Shown in pieces: positions 63,810 through 64,000 of a stretch of DNA of 64,000 nt (positions are counted from its first letter, which is position 1; every line of letters begins with the position of its first letter). The stretch is from Orbicella franksi (taxonomy: Eukaryota). The stretch spans positions 3,968,001 through 4,032,000 of the forward strand of contig OZ116711.1 of the NCBI GenBank assembly GCA_964199315.1, given 5' to 3'. The position numbers were made by a program, and so were the translations under genes. A model generated the notes under the pieces. The model did no database searches, was not told the origin of the DNA, and saw only the letters and a list, made by a program, of their open reading frames with translations.

Positions 63810-63928
63810 AGAGGCACGGTGGCTTCATGGTTAGTGCACTTGACTCCAGATTGAGCAGTCCAGGTTCAAGCCCTGGCCAGGGACATTGTGTTGCGTTCTT
63901 GTGTAAAACACTTTACTCTCACAGTGCC
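63810..63928 (+). mobile_element. SINE 5' part
   Basis: gaggcacggtggcttcatggttagtgcacttgactcc...ggttcaagccctggccagggacattgtgttg...aacactttactctcacagtgcc. Confidence 0.8.
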
Positions 63929-64000
63929 AGATGGAAGTGCACGCTATAACTATCATCCATTTCCTGCTTGATCAGGGCTTCTCAATCTCATTGATAATTC

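Overview
Eukaryotic (animal) genomic DNA, most likely a scleractinian coral; this assignment is inferred from the repeat families and gene content. Three spliced protein-coding genes could be reconstructed by hand using GT-AG sites and phase checks. (1) A complete 11-exon ROR/MuSK-family receptor tyrosine (pseudo)kinase on the minus strand (12492-29088, about 902 aa) with an unusual ectodomain: signal peptide, basic exon, Frizzled CRD, Ig, second CRD, kringle, TM, and a kinase domain with HCD/NLG instead of HRD/DFG. (2) The 5' part of a second secreted/receptor Ig-domain gene directly downstream in tandem (minus strand, 788-7352, running off the left edge), probably a paralogue. (3) The first 10 exons of LRRC40 on the plus strand (53257-61534, running off the right edge). 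The 24 kb between the ROR-like gene and LRRC40 has no host gene that I can support. It holds many non-autonomous DNA transposons and a 3.05 kb TAA-flanked TIR element that keeps only the 3' halves of two divergent genes. Other notable items are a Penelope-type inverted repeat with a degenerate hammerhead ribozyme core, a tRNA-derived palindromic insertion with an apparent 11-bp TSD, long palindromes centred on GNA-triloop mini-hairpins, and a sharp CpG-poor/CpG-rich mosaic. No rRNA, bona fide tRNA or CRISPR array was seen.
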